Positions 38,636 through 52,603 of a DNA stretch of 64,000 nt are shown here, piece after piece; position 1 is the first letter of the stretch, and each line of letters starts with the position of its first letter. This DNA is from Phoronis australis (taxonomy: Eukaryota; Animalia; Phoronida). A program made the position numbers and the translations under genes. The stretch lies in NCBI GenBank assembly GCA_002633005.1, contig NMRA01000011.1, positions 1,438,555 to 1,502,554 on the forward strand, read 5' to 3'. Below the pieces are notes generated by a model. That model had not been told where the DNA came from, did no database searches, and saw only the letters and a program-made list of their open reading frames with translations.

Positions 38636-41600
38636 CTGAAAGAAGAATCACAGAGTCATTGATATCGTACCACCGACCGAGATGTCTTTCCTGAAATGAC
38701 GCTAGAGATGGAAACTTTTGATGTAAAAGTCAATTATAATGACAAAGATAACAGTACTACAGCTTCGCTCTCTTGGCGGAGCTTTCACTTCCACGTGGCT
38801 GAGAGTACTTTTCTGTCACTGCAAATGCCTTTGCGATATAGACCGTCATGATGACTAAATTAGACTGTAACTTCTGGCACAACGGAAAGTCGATTGAACA
38901 AGAATGGCATTTGGACACATCGGGCAAATATGTAATGTGGCATTGAACTAAACCAAGTGAACTGGTGAGCACAAAATACCACAGAGTAATCCGCAGCCGG
39001 AAAAAGACTACACCACTATCATATATTATCTAAACATTTTGTAGCAATGGCTGCATTCAAAAACTTCTAAGGAGATGTATAAGTTGCACATGTACATATT
39101 TCCTGATTATTTCAGGAATTATGTATATTGAAAGTTTCTGAAACATGATTTCTTCTGTCAATCGAATTTTGTAAAAACCTTAAATTTGTCAACTTTATTC
39201 TGAGACCAGAGGATACATTGCATTATAGTCACGTCAATGATGCGCCATCTGCAGTCCAATATATGAGTGAGCGGACTTCTGATTATGGCTAAACGAGTTC
39301 ACAACGCACATTTACGATACATAGCACAACCTCGTAAACGTTTGCGTGATCTAGCCAACTTTGCTAAGTATTATTTTCATCGAAGACACCCATTAACAAT
39401 GCTGGCAAACTTAAAACGCACATCAAGTCAGCCATGCTCTTCAAGACCAACGGACTCCCCAACTTATATATTTTTATTCTTCAAGAGGTTTGGAGGATAG
39501 GGAGGCCGGTGAAAAAACAGACACAAAAACACTTGATAAATTTCAAAGTTTCCTGCAAAAAAGTTTAACAGATACAAAGAGAACGTGTTAGACGTATAGA
39601 GTACAGTTTTGACATTTAGTTTGCGAAAATCTTGATAAACATCGACAGAACTACATGTAGCTTTACGAGCTCTGAATTGAGTGGCCGCAACATGATCTCG
39701 AAAACTTTGATTACGCTTTGTGTATTTCAAAGAGTCCAAATGAGGTCAAGGTCGATTTTGAAGCGTCCATTTTATTGAGGTCATGCTTTGAAGATGCACT
39801 TTGAAAGGGTGAAGTTCCTAGGTTCCCGATACGCTGCATCACGGACTGTTTCAAACTTTCTTGTTGAAACACGACTTTCCAAAGGCTACCTAGTGGGACA
39901 GGGGCTCAAAACCTGTCGTCATAATTTGAAGACAAACTAACTTCTTACACCATTATTTGTGGTCTTCCCAAAATGATCTAGTGTCTATGTACTCTGATCT
40001 TGGGAGGTAGGATGACGATATTTACCCGGAAGTCCAATCTTAAGTCGTCTATGAATCGGGCACTTTCAGTAGACTAACGAACATAAAATTCCGAAACCAC
40101 TGAGCCTTTGCAGGTTAACAAAATAAAATATTCTTGACATATTGGGCCGTCACATGGAAATACAACCAAAAACTGAAACCGTGCTCTCATCAGTAGGAAC
40201 ACATATGACTTTAGTGACGAATTGGCCGATAGAGAGGCGGATGCAAAACAAAACTCCATAATAGTAAAAATTGGCCACTAGGTGACACAGAATACGTCGC
40301 GTTCATCTGAAAACGATAAGGTCTCGCCGTCTTTTTAATATGAACTTTTTCTACAATATTTCATGAAAATCCGTCAAGAAACTCACGAGATACAGAGGAA
40401 AACATAAAAACATTATAATTGCCACTCGTTAATAGGCAAAGCGGTAGTCATCCGTTGACACGTTCATGCAAATACACTGCGCTTGCCATGACATCATATT
40501 ATAACAAAGATGCCAGGGGTTCCTAAGATACTATATTTCAGCAGACGCATAACAAAACTGTAACAAAGGGGCGCTACAGTAGTCGAAGCCGTCAACAAAT
40601 GACCACCAACCTTAATCTTCTCAGTATCAACACGTACATGTACGTGTGCCGTGTACGCCATGGCAATGTTTCCTAACAATACGCCAAATTCATCTGAACT
40701 CGGACGACGGTGTCCTCACCTTTAAGTTGATACCCATTTGTTTAATTTCATGAAAATCCGTCAAGAACCTCTGAAAATAGAGGCAAACCGAAAAAAACTA
40801 AATTTGCCAATACGGTGCACACCAGCAGTCGTGTCCGTCCGAACGTTTGCTCGTGCTTTCACATCTGAGGCTTTCTCGGAACGACATGTCTGAAAACATT
40901 CATGACCATTTATACAGGGGTATTGGCAATTCATCAGAGAACAGACAACTGGATGGCGACATAATGGGCTCACATATATGGTGTATATGTGCGCATACCC
41001 TTCGTACCAATACTCATCTTGGTTGACCATATTGACTGGATCGGGAGGCAGGATTCTCTCTCGAGGTTAATATGTAGTACAAAAGTTCCATTAAACGTTT
41101 TGGAAGGTGGCATGTTCAGGGTAAACGCATCGAAAACGAAACTGCCGTCTGCCCCCAAAGAATAAGAGCCTCTATACTGGGCGCCTACAAGAAAAAGAAA
41201 TCATTTCCAAGGCTGCTGGTATTGTGTTTTGTCAATAGCTATATTCCGAAATGCTGCAGTCTACATGTATATGATGTAGTTACCCAACAATGCTGTGTGT
41301 AAGGACACTGTCTCGTTATTATTACTCACATACATAGGCCTTATCACAATTTGACATGAAATCCTTTCGCCATTCCAATACGTTGTATCAGTTAATGCGA
41401 CTTTAAACTCTTGCATTCAGTTAAAAACAAGTTTTGATCTATGCCACTTACCCTTATAAATTTGGTTTCCAGAATTAATGAACGACAAGATGATCAATAT
41501 GCGACCGATATATGACATTTTTTTGTCAGCAACTAGTTCCATAGCCCTGGAATTTTTTTAGAGTTCTGAACTAAAACTAAAATTAGTAAATTTCTTTGAC

Positions 41601-44600
41601 CCCTCTCACTGAAAAATATGGATCTATTCATGAACTTCGTTCTTAGAAACGGAAACACTATAAATGATCATATGTTACCTGGAAGACAAGGGTCCGCCAT
41701 TGCTGGTACTGGCACTTTTGTACACTTTCCGTCAACGACAAAATAGCCATGTTGCTGAAAAAAGTAGAGCGTACAAACTGTTTTACACGAAGGTATTGAT
41801 CAAATTTATTTCCCTAGGAGCACATTTGACACTTAAAGTTGATGTCACTTTTCAATCGATTGCAACCCACTCCCGCGATAAAGAAACGGGAGTCTACATG
41901 GAAGTCAAAAGTGCATCTGTGATGATAAAATAGTGTTGAGAAGTGGCATTTACACATTTGTGACGTAGAAACTAGCTAGAAAGTCATTCGAAACATAAAC
42001 ACTGCTTTCACAAGTTATTAAATAAGCGGAAACGAAACCGACTTTTATCGGACTTATTGGGGTTACGCCTAATTAAAACACCAAAAAACAACTAGAGAAG
42101 CTAAAACGCTTAAAGTTAAGCTTTTATGGAGCTAAACACAATTGAAATGCGAAGATAGAAGGCACAGAGTGAATGTGATGACAATTGACGAGAAGTTCTA
42201 CAATCAGTTGTCAAATACGTCAATTCTAAACATTCGTGGGAACCCTTCGATATTTTTATTGAAGTATGAGAACAACAATGAACGTGCTTTCTTAAAACTC
42301 AAAATTCCTTTTAAAAATAAGGAACGATTTATTCTAGAATTTTGTTCAATTTCGACAAACCCCTCTACAGTGGAGCACAAAACTTGTCCAAACATATACC
42401 AACGTACATGTGCTGGGTTTGAATGTGTCCACATCCGACCGGTTACAAGCCTGGCAAATAATTTATCTGCATGTTGTCCTACCACACAAAAGACTATATG
42501 CTTTCAGTTAACAAAGGAGCTAGATGTTATCACACGCTCACAACAGCTGTACTAAGCAGGAGAACGCCCTAAAGAACTTCAAAAACCTGTCATTTATTGA
42601 AATGACCACAGCGACATCATTTTTCACTGTAGTTCACAATAAATCTAGATTCCATTAAAAGCGACCCGGGTCATATTACAAAGTTACTCGGCGTCATTGT
42701 TTAGCAATCAGTGAAAAGGCTGATTGAGGCATCACGAAAGTACGTCCCGAGTGAGAGGCACATCTCCTGGATATAATGTCGAGCAACACGAATTAAAGGA
42801 TAAATTTGTGCGATCTTAGAGGGTTCTCTTAAAAAAACGAAAAAATAAAACGCTCTCAGTGGATTGACAGCCATGCAGGCTACTAGAGAATCTGCCACTG
42901 GTTATGATATTATCCCTATCGACTGATTAACTCTTAAAAAACGCAAGTGCTACATCACATGTTTTTATAAGTTTCTGGAAAAATCACACTCTTCTTCGGC
43001 CGGCCTCTTTATTTTTAGATATCGCGCTTTGAAAAGGACAATTTACCCCGTTTGTTTGCACGGCAATTAGCCGTGTCACGTGACTAGTTGTACTCTCCAA
43101 TATGGCGTCAAGTTGTCAACTGCAGTAGCACGTGCGCCCGGTCTAGAGCATTAAAGGCGAAGGCAATCTTTTTCCATGTCATTTTGAGCTAAAATAAGGT
43201 GGGTTGGTTATTCTAGACATATTTTCCACTTAATAAGAGCTTTTCGTAATTTTATTAATTACTCGTCCGCTACTCCGGAAGTGACGTTTTAGGAGGCCAG
43301 CGTTTCCCGCCACTTGGTTTTGCGGTGACTTTACCGTGCGAATCTGTTCTATTCTACTTTTGTTTTGTGCTGTTTTTCAACAATTGTCGCCTCCATTTTC
43401 CATCGGCGAGTATTTTGCGACAAGATAGGTTAGTAGAGAACTCAACTACGTTGGATTTAGGGATTGTTTAGTGTGTTGTAAGCTGAAAATGGCTGGAGTC
43501 GGTGACCCGTATCACAGTGACAGTAGTGTTAGTGACGGAGACCTTGTTCACAGCATTGGTGACGAGGAATTTTTTCACGGACATTCAGTGGGTGGGTATT
43601 GTTTGAGCTCGAGTATAACGAGGCAGAGTAGGCACAGGCACAGGCAGCTGTTGAGAGAAACGAGGCGGCTACTGAGGACAGACGTGGTGACACATCTTGG
43701 TGCAAATGCACTGTGTGCGTTGTTATGCCTACCTCAATGGAATGCTTGTGCTGTTCAGAGTTCCACGAGGCCAAGCCACTACTGGACATGGTTAAGTGGA
43801 CCTCAGGCATACCACGGACAGAGGAACAACTGTCCCACTTGCCAGAGTGTCCCGCGACACACTCCCACTGGATGGTGACCTGAGCACCCAAACTGCTTAC
43901 ATCGTGTGGTGTGACTCCCTTGCCACACACCTGACACCTTCTAAATAGACAAATCCACAATAAACTTATCAAGGTTTGGCTCACCGATCTGTTCACTGAA
44001 CGACAAACTGTCCTCTTCACTGGGTGTCGAACTGGGCCTGTAATCACTCCCACTACTCAATATCGCTGCAGGGCTGCTTAAAGGCTCTGGGCTGGAGAAA
44101 ACAGCACAGGGCAAATAACTACTGGTTCCAGGAATTGCACGCTGTGGGGTACGTTCGGAGGCACGGGTGACAGTAGATGAAGTGCCTCCGGTCACTGTAT
44201 ATAGTGGCCACAGCTCGCGATGCTTCTCTCTTCAAAAACGCACTTCTCGGGGTTGGCGACGGGGCACTGCCAGGAATCAACACAGACGGAATGGCATCCT
44301 TCTTCAAGCGTTGTTTCGTAGGGACCTTCATCAGTTCAGCGTACAAATACCTTTCGTAACCGGAGGGCAGAAAGTGCTTGCCACACACACGGTAATTCTC
44401 CACTGCTTTGTACGTTGCGTGGACGGGTAACGCTGCGTTCTTCACACGAACGAGCCAAGTACGGCGAAGTTTGTCATCCATCGGAAAGTGATGCAAAGGT
44501 ACTCCAAAAGCGCGCGTGAGCCTATAATTAGTACATTCTGGTACGCAGCAACAGTGTGGCATGTTGACTGACTAGTAAATGAAAGCAAACGAGGACGGAA

Positions 44601-45496
44601 CTTAACACAACCGAGGTACAACAATGACTGACTCGGCAGCTCTCACAGTCAGACTATACGAAAAGAAATTGGCGCGAAATGCTTGCCTCCTAAAATGTCA
44701 CTTCCGCAGTAGCGGACGAGTAATTAATAAAATTACGAAAAGCTGTAATTAAGTGTAAAATATGTCTAGGATAACCAACCAGCCTTATTTTAGCTCAAAA
44801 TGACATGGAAAAAGGTTGCCTTCGCCTTTAAGATGTCTATGGTAGATACTCACGGCGAACAAGTCGATGACGTATCTCCGCATGACCTTACGGCCCGAAG
44901 CGATGACTAGGTCTCTTCCAGCTTGACGACCCTTGTCGTAATCGATTGCGTAGACACTCTTAGACTATAATGAAAACTGGTTTTTACATATTTCTAACAT
45001 AAATCACTGCATAGAATAGGACAGTTCCTTATAAACAGGTCACAAATTAATGTCATCCATCGGACACTCTCCATCAAGACGCCATTAAAGAATTGATCCC
45101 CAGGAAACGAGCAAATTATCGAACAAATGGTGACACTGTGTTTGTGAATTTCTTACATTGAATAAATGAAAAATAAATAATAATCTTCAAAACGAACCCG
45201 AGGTAAAAATTGTTTACCCCAATGTATGTAATACGTCCAAGTAGCAGAAAAATGAAACGGGTCTGCTGCAGCCAAGAGAATGGGAGCGCGGGAGAGTGGA
45301 ACAAAAGATATCAGGTATAATGGGACATGCGGAGCGGGCGAATGAAGATACTTACTCTGATCACCTCGCTTTTTCCGTTCGTAATGTGGAATATCATGGC
45401 ACTCGTCTTGCCACTATACTGTTTTGGTTGGCATCTGCACCTTTTTGACGTCACGGCGGCAGTACACAAAAGAAGAATGGTGACAATGTGCTTCAT
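38490..45496 (-). CDS. EPDR: Ependymin-related protein, gene B (5 coding exons; 216 aa secreted protein)
   Basis: Exons 45356-45496, 44854-44964, 41679-41754, 41008-41184 and 38490-38635 total 651 nt in one open frame with GT-AG introns (phases 0,0,1,1). Product: MKHIVTILLLCTAAVTSKRCRCQPKQYSG...AIDYDKG...VDGKCTKVPVPAMADPCLPGAQYRGSYSLG...ESCLPI...NGSLGVPDPNVFKIPSACKKSTRQIVEDWFHEVV*. Confidence 0.9.
41008..41184 (-). CDS. EPDR: EPDR gene B coding exon 4
   Basis: tttcttgtag|GC...ATT G|gtacga; (G)AQYRGSYSLGADGSFVFDAFTLNMPPSKTFNGTFVLHINLERESCLPIQSIWSTKMSI. Confidence 0.88.
41679..41754 (-). CDS. EPDR: EPDR gene B coding exon 3
   Basis: ttttttcag|CAA...CCA G|gtaaca; QHGYFVVDGKCTKVPVPAMADPCLP. Confidence 0.88.
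43155..44827 (-). mobile_element. Internally deleted Kolobok DNA transposon (THAP transposase 5' part and KolX 5' part) in intron 2 of gene B
   Basis: TTAA TSD (43151-54 and 44828-31); AG..CT termini; ~155-bp TIRs. THAP domain MPHCCCVPEC...HHFP...W...RVCGKHF at 44562(-), followed by C..C...WECVAGHSGKWDS. Convergent + strand remnant from 43489 contains WCKCTVCVVMPTSMECLCCSE. Confidence 0.88.
44119..44562 (-). pseudogene. THAP zinc-finger N-terminus of a Kolobok transposase (frameshifted, truncated)
   Basis: C2CH THAP signature and LKKDAIPSV (AVPTIF-box); reading continues in shifted frames to ~43795; no DDE domain. Confidence 0.8.
44854..44964 (-). CDS. EPDR: EPDR gene B coding exon 2
   Basis: cattatag|TCT...GCC|gtgagt; SKSVYAIDYDKGRQAGRDLVIASGRKVMRRYVIDLFA. 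Confidence 0.88.
45356..45496 (-). CDS. EPDR: EPDR gene B coding exon 1 (signal peptide)
   Basis: gccATGAAG start; 47 codons; donor AGA|gtaagt. Confidence 0.88.
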
Positions 45497-48400
45497 GGCT
45501 GCGAGATCCTACTATAAACAACGGAACAAGGTTAACCACGCCTTTTGTCCAACGAATGCCCTGAGACATATTTCTATGAAATCTTACGTCTAGACCCATC
45601 CTAATTTCCACTCTCGAAGTCTAAATTATTTTTGGCATCTTACTTTTGGTACGAACTCAAGAATTGTGCTTGCGGTTGTGCTCTCCGCAGCAGACAACTC
45701 TTGGGTATCAGACCATAGTCCTAGCTCTCCTATCTTTTACCTCCGTGGCTACTTTCTAAAGGGGGGGGGGACTTTGCACTAAACCCATCTGCAGATGATC
45801 AAAAGTTAATTACAAAAAAATCCCAAGAATGCACTTGAAAGTTTATTAAGAATTTTAAAATAAAAGTTGGAAAAATAGCTCCTCAACTAATGAGTTCTCC
45901 ACCAGGTGTCAGTGCAAAATGATCAGAACAGCCAATGAAATGCTAAGGAAATATTGTGTCAGGCCCGTAGCCAGCATTCGGCGGGGGTGGTTCGAACTTC
46001 TAGAAAGTTGGAACTTTTGCAAGCGTCAACACTCGAGATCTTGGTAAGGCGCTTGACGCAGGTTAATTATGGGGAATGGAAATCTGTATCCACGGCAACA
46101 ACGGTTCTTCAGTTTGGCTATCACCATTTGCACTTTTGTATATATTTTATGGTTTGAGTTCTAATAAAGATTAAACTTGAACTAACGACACGTGTGGTTT
46201 TGTTCGCTGTGAAATGTTTAATGTAGCTGTAATCTGGAAAGTTCAGGGATGGCTTCGGAATTAGCTAAACTAATTAAGTTTCACTGGCGATCAAATCTAC
46301 CACTGGTTTTGGTACTTCAAGTTTAAAAATAATATAGAAAGATATCAACCCGTTCCTGGTAAGAAAAAAACATGAGTATTAAAATGAAATAACAAAAACG
46401 GCTATGAAATATACTAAAAACCATCGTTTCTTTCGGGAGTTGCCCGTTGTCAAGATAAACACAAATTAACTATTCTTAATCATTTCGTAATACTTAAAAT
46501 GTACCGAGTTAAAACTGCTCTCTACAGTTGCAGACTGTAACTTTGTGCAAATGCCATAAAAACCAATTTGGGTGTACTAACAACCATCATTTTGAGACAG
46601 CAGTGCTAGCTATTACCTTTCGACTTCATTAGCTCAGATCTACGTCAATACAAAGGCCGAGGTGAATAGGCATCATAAAAGCTGTCTGGCGCTAAGGGAA
46701 TCTGAGCGGTGACCAGTTTAAGCTAGAAGTTCTCCACATGAATCTAGGCCTACCTCCTGCCAAACTCTTCTAAAACCATGGATCATTGAACAATTGCGCG
46801 ACTTCAAAATAGACTGGCAAGATGCTTGCCCCTTTTTGCATCCTTGTCTCGGTTTCTGCTCAACTTTCTGAGCTGGAATCTTAGATATTACCTTGTCTAA
46901 GGCTACTGCAAACACATGTATCAACATTGTGAGCAAATGAAGTACCTGCTGAGAAGTGTTGTATAATCGTACCTAAGTCTGGTATTACAGAGCACATGTA
47001 ATGTAGTTATTATCATTGCACACGAATTGAGAGTCAACCACGACGTTCTTTGTCTTAACTTAAAACACAAATTGATTCAAAAAGGTTTTAAGTTTTTGTG
47101 AAAAAAACAGAACAGCTCTTCTCATGCGCGCACCCCTGGGGGGTGCATTACAGAGGAACTTCGCAAACAAAAGAAACCTATCCCAGTTCCAAACATTCAC
47201 TTGCAAGCAGTGTTTGGAATTTCAGAAATATGAAAATGGAAATATTATTGTGTTCTTTAATTCATTAATCTTAAAAATTCAAATGTTGCTCAGATTTCAG
47301 TAGCTCACATTTTGAAGATTCTTGAATTGCAGAATTTTTGTCGGAGGAAAATTTTTACTCTTCCAATTATGTGCTATTTAAAAGAAGCAACATCAAAAGA
47401 AACTTTTTGCTCTATGGTAAATAAGACGCTTTTCAATTTCAAACAAAAACTATTACCAAGAAGACCATTTCTTTATTTTCAAAGGCTGAACTACAATATT
47501 AGGTATGATAAAAATGTTTCTATGTTTTAAATTGTTTGAAGGCAACTGTACAGTGCAATCAATGCAAGTAATGATGCTCATTCCCCTCAATGCTTATTTT
47601 TGCTGAGCATAAATAAAATTCCACTTGTTCGCCATACCGTGTGCTAAAGTGAAGAGCATTTTGGTAATCTGTTTCAGTCAAAAGGATTACTGTAACAATA
47701 TGAAACGGTATTCAGGTTGTCAAAACATAATTACTTTAATTATTGAATCAAAACTTTTGAAACGATTTCAGTGTGAATATAAAAGTATTGTGGAGGACAC
47801 AGTTGTGTTATTCTATGTTCACTGAGACATGCAGCAGGCATAAAATTGAACATTGATTAACAACTCACTTAACGTTATGTAGGACCCTCGGAAAATGGAT
47901 AAATTTGACAAATTTTGAAACATCATATCTCATAAATAGCTGATCAGATTCAAATGAAACGCTCAAACACCATAGATGGTGCACTTTCCCCAAAATTGTA
48001 ATTAGACAGATTGTTTTTTAAAGTTTTCTACTCTTGCATGAGAAGCCATCAAAAAGTAAAACTTGGAATGTTTTATGAGATAACTCAACAGTGACACCAA
48101 CCAAAATGTAATGATAATTTAGAAAACTTCGAGTTTTCATTTATTCATTAACATCAAACAAAATTTGGTCAAGTTATTGTTACCGTTATTTTGTTATGTA
48201 TGAACTGTTCTTTTTGCTGAATTTTACTATGGTCACATAATCTAATAAGGGAAACTGGTCTAAAATAAAAAATCAAACTCCGCCAACTTTCTTCTTTCAG
48301 AGTTAAAATACATAATTTTGCAAATATTTAGCTAAAAACACCGCCGACAAGTTGACAAGGTGCTACAAAACCTTACTCTTGTGAGGTAAGTTAATGCATC

Positions 48401-50946
48401 GTGTTGTGTTACATACAGCCCTTACTTCAGAGGCTTGCAAAAATTATACACGTTCTTTTCGGGCTCAACGCACAGACGGTCAAAGCTCGTGGAAGAGTTT
48501 GCAGATAATGACACGTGAGTGACGTTAAAGTCGTTGTGGAGCACCAGGTGGTTACTAAAAGTTAAATCTACAAGAGCCCTTGTAGCCGAATATGCAGTGA
48601 AAGTGTTCAAAATTCTCCCAAAGAAGTTGAGAGCGACTTACGGCAACACCTGAAACTCGTTCACAAGCTGATAAATGGAGTGCTTTGAAATTGCGCTGAT
48701 GGCCTGAAGTTGTTGGACATTGTTCTTGCATGGTTCAATAACGCAAATCAGAATTCCTTAGCTTTTGAAATTGACCTGAAGAAGATTGTCGACCATTATA
48801 ATGACTTTCTGGAGCGGTTTGCATTTTGTTTCCATAAAATGTTCAATATTTCCTATAAGTAATATAACCGGCAACGATCGATGCACGTGTCTGCTGCTGA
48901 CTGTAGGAAAAACCGACACAATAGTCGGGTTATTAAATAAAGTTTTGATGGCAGTCATGGAAGAAGTAAAGAGCACGTGTCATAGTTACCCAAAATCATC
49001 ACTGGTCACTGTTTGTAGGATTGGCAACCTTAATTTACGAATAAACGAAATTATTGTTTTTAAGTTGTGATTTTTTTACTTTGTCTTAATACAATGAGGT
49101 AATCGAGTAAGCAGCACTCTCATTGGTTAATGTCATGTGTGGCTAATATTGCTCAGGGTGACTAATAGGGTCGCGCGCAGAGAACAAAACAAACGATGTA
49201 CCGAATGCAGTAGATTTGCTTCAATGAATAACTAAAACCAAAGACTAGTAATTCAAAACCAGCTCCGCTAGTTTGAACGTGTAAACATAGTTGCAGTGAC
49301 AACTACTGCAAACAATCTGGTCGAGTGTTTCTCCAGCGGCATAAACGCTGCATAAAACATACAACAGAGAAATAACAAAGCAAACACTTTTGGCTGGCAT
49401 TGTCAAAGGCGCGCCACAGATACCAACTCCTCTAGAATAATATTACAAATACAACAAAAGGTTAGGCCTACCATTAAGGGCAAGACCGGTGGCACTAATG
49501 TTAACAGTATTTTTGGATAGAAGCACACGACTATTTTTAGATTAGTTTTTACTCAAAACTTGCACTCTCTACAAGATACTTTGTAGTATGCTATATGAAG
49601 AAGTTCATAATTCGTTCACATGTGTCATAATTGCAAACAACGTTTTCTAAAACAAAATACCCTGGCATAATTTTGCTTGGGTTTTATTGCATATGCCGTT
49701 AGCTAGTTGTTTTTTTAGTACTCAGTGTACCGGTCCGTCGCCCTGAGTTCTCACATCACATCTGTTTTTTTTCCCGAAGATCCCAATTTAAAAAATGGCT
49801 GCGGGTAGAGAAATACAATAGCAAAGTTTCCAGTAAAACGCTCAATGTGCGACTCAAAAGTCCTTCGCCTTGGACTTCTCTTTTATTCTTGAGTATGTTT
49901 TGTTTTTCCCTACCCTGTACTTTTTGTGGAAAATCGCAATGCCAAGTAACAAAAATACTAGCCCTAGTAGTGATAGCAGTCACTCGGATACAATTCTTTT
50001 TAAATTATGTAGAAACGTACTACTTTCTCAAGTAGACATCTAACGCTAATGACATTGCGTAGCTCAAAAATCCATAGCTAAATTACTAACCTAGTAGCCT
50101 CTTGAGGGTTCCAGAAATAAGTTGAGTTCTCACCGAACGCGTGCTTGCATTAAATGACACGCAAATAAATCCTTGGGTCATAGTATAACAATGGAGACGA
50201 CATGTACCTGCACCGTGTTATATGTAGTCCCATCCAAGCATGACGTGACACGTATAGCGGCGGAATGGGGGGGGGGGCTGCATGTAAACATCCAAAAATT
50301 ATCGCGAGATATAAACACCAGGTCAGATTATGGTCTCTTCACATAATGCACGAGAAGCAATGACTATTCTATACTGTGTGCGTGCACATTAGAGGATTTT
50401 ATTTGTGTAGCTAGTACTTATTTTTTGTTACTGTTTCACCCTCGGTTCAGTAGGCAACAATGCTGGGCATTAACTGGTTTTACGGGAACTGTGACCGGTT
50501 TGTGGTCTAAGCCTGTGACAACTAGAGATGGTTCTGTGTCTTGTGGTCTATCCCTAGTTGACACAGGTTTCGTGCTCAGACATTTTGTTTCGAGTGGAAG
50601 ACTTCATTACATTCATGGCCACGTTCTTGTGAGAGGTCACATTTTCCTGGCATGTGAAATTTTGTTCTGTAAGGTTTTTTATTTTGCGCTGGTCACATTT
50701 ATGCTGATACCTGAACTTTTTGTGGTATTTTATTTTTTGAACCTCAATTTCATGGTGATATTAGTTGTTGATATTTGCATAAGCAGTAATTTCTGTAAGG
50801 AAAAGACATTCCAAATGATTTGTTTTAGCAATTGTAAATTCTTGTTTTGGGCATTTAGAAACGTTTGAAGACACAAGAACATTTAGCAATTGGAATCCAA
50901 GTATGAGCAGCTGAAATGGCCTCAATGCTCGGGCAAATTGTTTTAA

Positions 50947-52603
50947 AGGGGAATGCCGCCCGATTTAATTAGTCTTTTTACCATCTTAATCGGTCTATAT
51001 CCACATCTCCTCTTATACGGTCGACCTCACCTTGCCGAGAGGTGTCGCGTTAACCTGTGAGGAAGGTGAGAAACGACGCAGCGACGACGGTGGTTCGTCT
51101 GCAGGGTGAATGCCCCTATGCTGCAGTGCATCGTTCCCGCTTGTTCGAACTATGAAGCTGTGAAGAAAGCGGGTATATCAATTTTTTGACTTCCTCGAGA
51201 GCCCGAAATGCTTAGGAAGTGGTTCACCGTAGTGAAGAATGAAAGGTACTGTACGCTGTTAATAGCAAGTATGATGCCGTGAAACATCTCCGTGTCTGTT
51301 GCCGGCTTTTCGTCGACAATGATTTCTCTGACGAATTCCGGTTTACCAAAGAAATATCCATACGTTCCGTTGACTGTGAATGTTCACGGCGCCTCTCTAG
51401 TATTTCTTGATCACTGTATTCCGGTTCCATCTGATAGCATGCGAAACCTAACGATCCGACCCGTGAAGTCTTCGACGGATGAGTTCCTGACTAAGTCGGG
51501 ATTGACGCCGGGCGAGTTGCCATGTAGACGTTTATTATTCTGCGTTCTGTTCCAAAATGAATTATTCACATCCTAACCAATGCTTATATAAAATTGAAAC
51601 AAAGTATGTCACATTAGATACAATTTTTCATGCCTTTGCAGTATTCGTGAGTGCAAATATTGAGAAGCCAGCAATGACCACTGCGTTACCGGCTTTTGAT
51701 GCCGACAACAAAGGTAATTGACCGGGCACCGACGCCATGTGAGCGCATGCTAATTCAGTGTTTGCTGACAGAAACCTGTTGTGAAACAATTACTCGATTT
51801 TATATGCTATAGTCGCATGTTAGGGGAATCTTTATTTAGAAATACCAGTACATTATTCAAAGCATTGTTACTGTACAACTTTTGCCCTGACGGTCTGTGG
51901 AAGGGGAACCCGACTTCGCGGCCCCCGAGAAGTAAGAAGATTTTCAGTTTCGTGGTTAATTCACATAAATATTTACGTGCACTTTATTTCTTTGGCTCAC
52001 TATTATAGTCTTTTCGTGACTGGAGGTTTAGTTTCCAACTCAAGCTGGTTTATGTTCGTGCCAGTCCCGGTGGTCGCGACGGGCCTGATCAGGTTCCGAA
52101 CAACTGGCCGGAATAAGCGTTCTGTGTGTTTAGAACTCAAAAATCACAAGTCTAAACAACACAGATCTAGGTTCTCTTGTCTGTATTTCACGGAAGAATA
52201 CTTCGAATTTATCTCCGAACAGATCCCAAGCTCCTGCTACGGACCTTGGTAAATTGGCCTGCCGAACTTTGAAGGCTACGATGTGTTCAAATACCAATAA
52301 ATCTGTAACAGCGAAATACAACAACACGTATTTATAAGAACTCGGTGTGTTTTTAAGGGTTTTACATTGAAGTTTGATGGTTTATTGGTGTAAAACGATG
52401 AATTCAAGCGATAACCTGACACCAGTAACCCGTGTTGTGAACTGCTGAACAGACTGCGCGTAAAACCAATGACGTCATTGGATAACTTCAACACCTCCGT
52501 CTGCCGTCAGGTGTCAGGTTATGCAATCGAACGTGCCGTTATCGAGTAGACATATTCGATCTAAGTTGATACAAAATAGGTTATTTTTGGGTGGCATTCT
52601 CCT
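50947..52603 (+). mobile_element. Non-autonomous Kolobok element, copy 2
   Basis: TTAA TSD on both sides; TIR AGGGGAATGCCGCCC..GGGTGGCATTCTCCT; colinear with 18791-20491; MEPEYSDQEILERRRE remnant on -. Confidence 0.82.

Noticed and set aside
43489-43795. P2X7 receptor gene
   Set aside because: Only the Cys-rich motif is present, with no channel domain, inside a Kolobok element (KolX).
44119-44562. Host THAP-domain transcription factor
   Set aside because: It lies between TIRs with a TTAA TSD and is frameshifted; it is a transposase fragment.
22032-45496. One long gene joining exon 45356-45496 to exons at 22 kb, 17.5 kb and 13.6 kb
   Set aside because: Separate complete exon sets were found for both genes, including B's stop exon at 38490 and A's start exon at 25342.
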